From Planctomycetota bacterium (GTDB lineage Bacteria; Planctomycetota; UBA1135; UBA2386), in contig OZ245006.1 of assembly GCA_965223545.1 (NCBI GenBank), forward strand, positions 384,001-448,000: DNA of 64,000 nucleotides. Reading direction: 5' to 3'. The notes under the pieces were generated by a model. The model was not told where the DNA came from. It worked only from the letters and a program-made list of their open reading frames with translations, and did no database searches. The translations under genes were made by a program, and so were the position numbers. Below, one piece after another: positions 62,142 through 64,000 of the stretch (position 1 is the first letter of the stretch; the number at the start of each line of letters is the position of its first letter).

Positions 62142-64000
62142 TCAGACCGGCGCGAACCCCTTCGGGCGCAACGAGATCGTGCCGAGGCCGCGGGACAGGT
62201 TGCGGAGCCGGGTGGCGTAGCCCAGCATCGGACGCAGCAAGACCGAGCCGCGCACCTCGGCCGGCCCGCCACTCGACTCGACCCCCTCGATCTGGGCGCC
62301 GAGGCTGCGCAGGTCGCCGATGACGGCCGACAGGCCGTCGGCCGGGCACTCGACGGCGAAGGCCATCTCCGGCTCCATCAAGACGACACCGGCGGCCGCG
62401 ACCGCCTTGCGCAGCGCCACCGAGAGCGCCTCGAGGTAGAGCACCGCCCCCTGCTCGCCACCGGCATCCCCCTCGACGGCGACCAGCCGCACCGTGAGGT
62501 CGGTCGCCGGGTAGCCGGCGCTGAGTCCCGTGCGCAGCCGCTCGCGCACCTCCTCGAGCAGCGCGATCGCCTCCACGCGGTCCTGCACCGCGCTCTCCAC
62601 CCGCGCCCCGCCCCAGGCCGGCGCCACCTCGATGCCGACGAACGCCCGGGCGCTGCCCTCGCCCCCGGCCCGACACTCGGCGCTGGCCGCCGCCGGCCCG
62701 CGCACCGTCTCCAGACGGGCCACCCGCGGCCGGCCGACGCGCACCGCGTCGCCGACGCGACGCTGCAGCCGACTCTTGAACACCTCGAGGTGGAGCTCGC
62801 CCATGCCCGAGACCAGCAGCCGCCCGGCATCCGGCTCGCGCTCGAGCACCAGCGTCGGGTCGTCGGCGGCCAACCGCTTGGCCGCCGCCTCGACCACGGC
62901 CTCGTCACCCGGCGCGCGCGGCTCGAGCGCGACCGACACCACCGGCCGCGGGAATGCGAGCGGCTCGAGGCGCATCGGCGCGCCGGGGGCAAACACGGTG
63001 TCGCCGGTGCGCAGCTCCATCGGCGCGGCCACGGCGACCACGTCGCCGGGCAGAGCGCGCGCCAGCGGTTCGGGGTGGTCGGCGTGCAGCTCGAGCAGGC
63101 TGTCGATCTCCGCCTCCGCGCCGCACGTGCTGGCGATCCGATCCCCGGCGCTCAGCGTGCCCGAGTAGACGCGCACCAGGGCCGGCTCGTCGGTCCGGGG
63201 TCCACCGCCGCGGAACACCAGTCCGCAGAACGGCGCCTCCCGGCTCGGCGGCCGTCGCTCCGGCGCGCCGCCGTCGGCGGGATCGAGCGATTCGACCGGC
63301 GGCAGATCGAGCGGGGACGGCAAGTAGCGGCAGACGGCGTCCAGCAGCAGGTCGACGCCGACGCAGGGCAGCGCCGCCCCCACCAGCACCGGCACCACCT
63401 CGCCGGCGAGCACCAGGCGCCGCAGCGCGCGGTGCAGGCGATCGGCGTCGACCGCGCGCTCCTCGACGAAGTCGGCCAAGATCGACTCGTCGACGTCGGC
63501 GCACACCTCGATGAGCTGCTGGCGCAAGCCGGCGGCCAGCGCCGGGTCGAGCTGCGGCGACGAGCCGCGCGGCGTCGCGATCCGGCCGGTGATCACGTCC
63601 AGCAGCCCACACAGCCCGCCCTCGCCGATCAACGGCCAGACCACCGGCACCGCCCGCACACCCAGCCGCTCGCGCAGGGACTCGACCGCCCGCCCGACGT
63701 CGGCGCCCACCCGATCGAGCTTGTTGACGAAGACCAGACGCGGCGCCCGCCGCGCGTCCGCCTGCCGCCAGACGGTTTCGGTCTGCGACTCCACCCCGCG
63801 CACGCCGTCGAGCACGACGACCACCCCATCCACCACCCGGAGGCTGCGCTGCACCTCGGCGGTGAAGTCGACGTGCCCGGGCGTGTCCAGCAGGTTGAGG
63901 CGGTGGCCGCGCCAAGCCACCGCGGTTCCCGCCGCGGCGATCGAGATGCCGCGCCGTTGCTCCTCGGCGAGGAAGTCCATCGTGGCGGTGCCGTCGTCGA
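62142..64000 (-). CDS. fusA: Divergent elongation factor G paralogue, N-terminus outside the window
   Basis: RGISI, DTPGHVDF, NKLD, GMGELHL, LMEP; degenerate domains IV and V. Confidence 0.85.
   Translation of the reverse strand, partial: DDGTATMDFLAEEQRRGISIAAAGTAVAWRGHRLNLLDTPGHVDFTAEVQRSLRVVDGVVVVLDGVRGVESQTETVWRQADARRAPRLVFVNKLDRVGADVGRAVESLRERLGVRAVPVVWPLIGEGGLCGLLDVITGRIATPRGSSPQLDPALAAGLRQQLIEVCADVDESILADFVEERAVDADRLHRALRRLVLAGEVVPVLVGAALPCVGVDLLLDAVCRYLPSPLDLPPVESLDPADGGAPERRPPSREAPFCGLVFRGGGPRTDEPALVRVYSGTLSAGDRIASTCGAEAEIDSLLELHADHPEPLARALPGDVVAVAAPMELRTGDTVFAPGAPMRLEPLAFPRPVVSVALEPRAPGDEAVVEAAAKRLAADDPTLVLEREPDAGRLLVSGMGELHLEVFKSRLQRRVGDAVRVGRPRVARLETVRGPAAASAECRAGGEGSARAFVGIEVAPAWGGARVESAVQDRVEAIALLEEVRERLRTGLSAGYPATDLTVRLVAVEGDAGGEQGAVLYLEALSVALRKAVAAAGVVLMEPEMAFAVECPADGLSAVIGDLRSLGAQIEGVESSGGPAEVRGSVLLRPMLGYATRLRNLSRGLGTISLRPKGFAPV

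Overview
High-GC bacterial chromosome segment, probably from a Planctomycetota-like lineage (inferred from the divergent EF-G just upstream of rpsJ, the absence of rpmD, and the large Ig-like lipoproteins). Almost all genes are on the minus strand. Left to right: two large surface lipoproteins; pyrB fused to a Zn domain; an mnmE-like GTPase and coaX; a PDZ protein and a PilT ATPase; a frameshifted ELWxxDGT repeat gene; an AbrB-Doc toxin-antitoxin pair; obg-rpmA-rplU-rne; a type IV pilus pilM-N-O(P)-Q operon with a structured 195-bp tandem repeat inside it; ptsH-ptsN-hpf-truA-rpoN; an IS21 left-end remnant beside a lower-GC island (PAS histidine kinase, receiver protein, HNH nuclease); hrpB-recR-ybaB-dnaX, SRP RNA, two tRNA-Ser and tadA; argF', a candidate spt/cerR sphingolipid pair and dnaE; then the alpha/spc/S10 ribosomal superoperon, which lacks rplC, and a divergent fusA. 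The best candidate for an undescribed system is the PAS-kinase/REC/HNH operon. All calls come from motif recognition by eye; no database searches were run.
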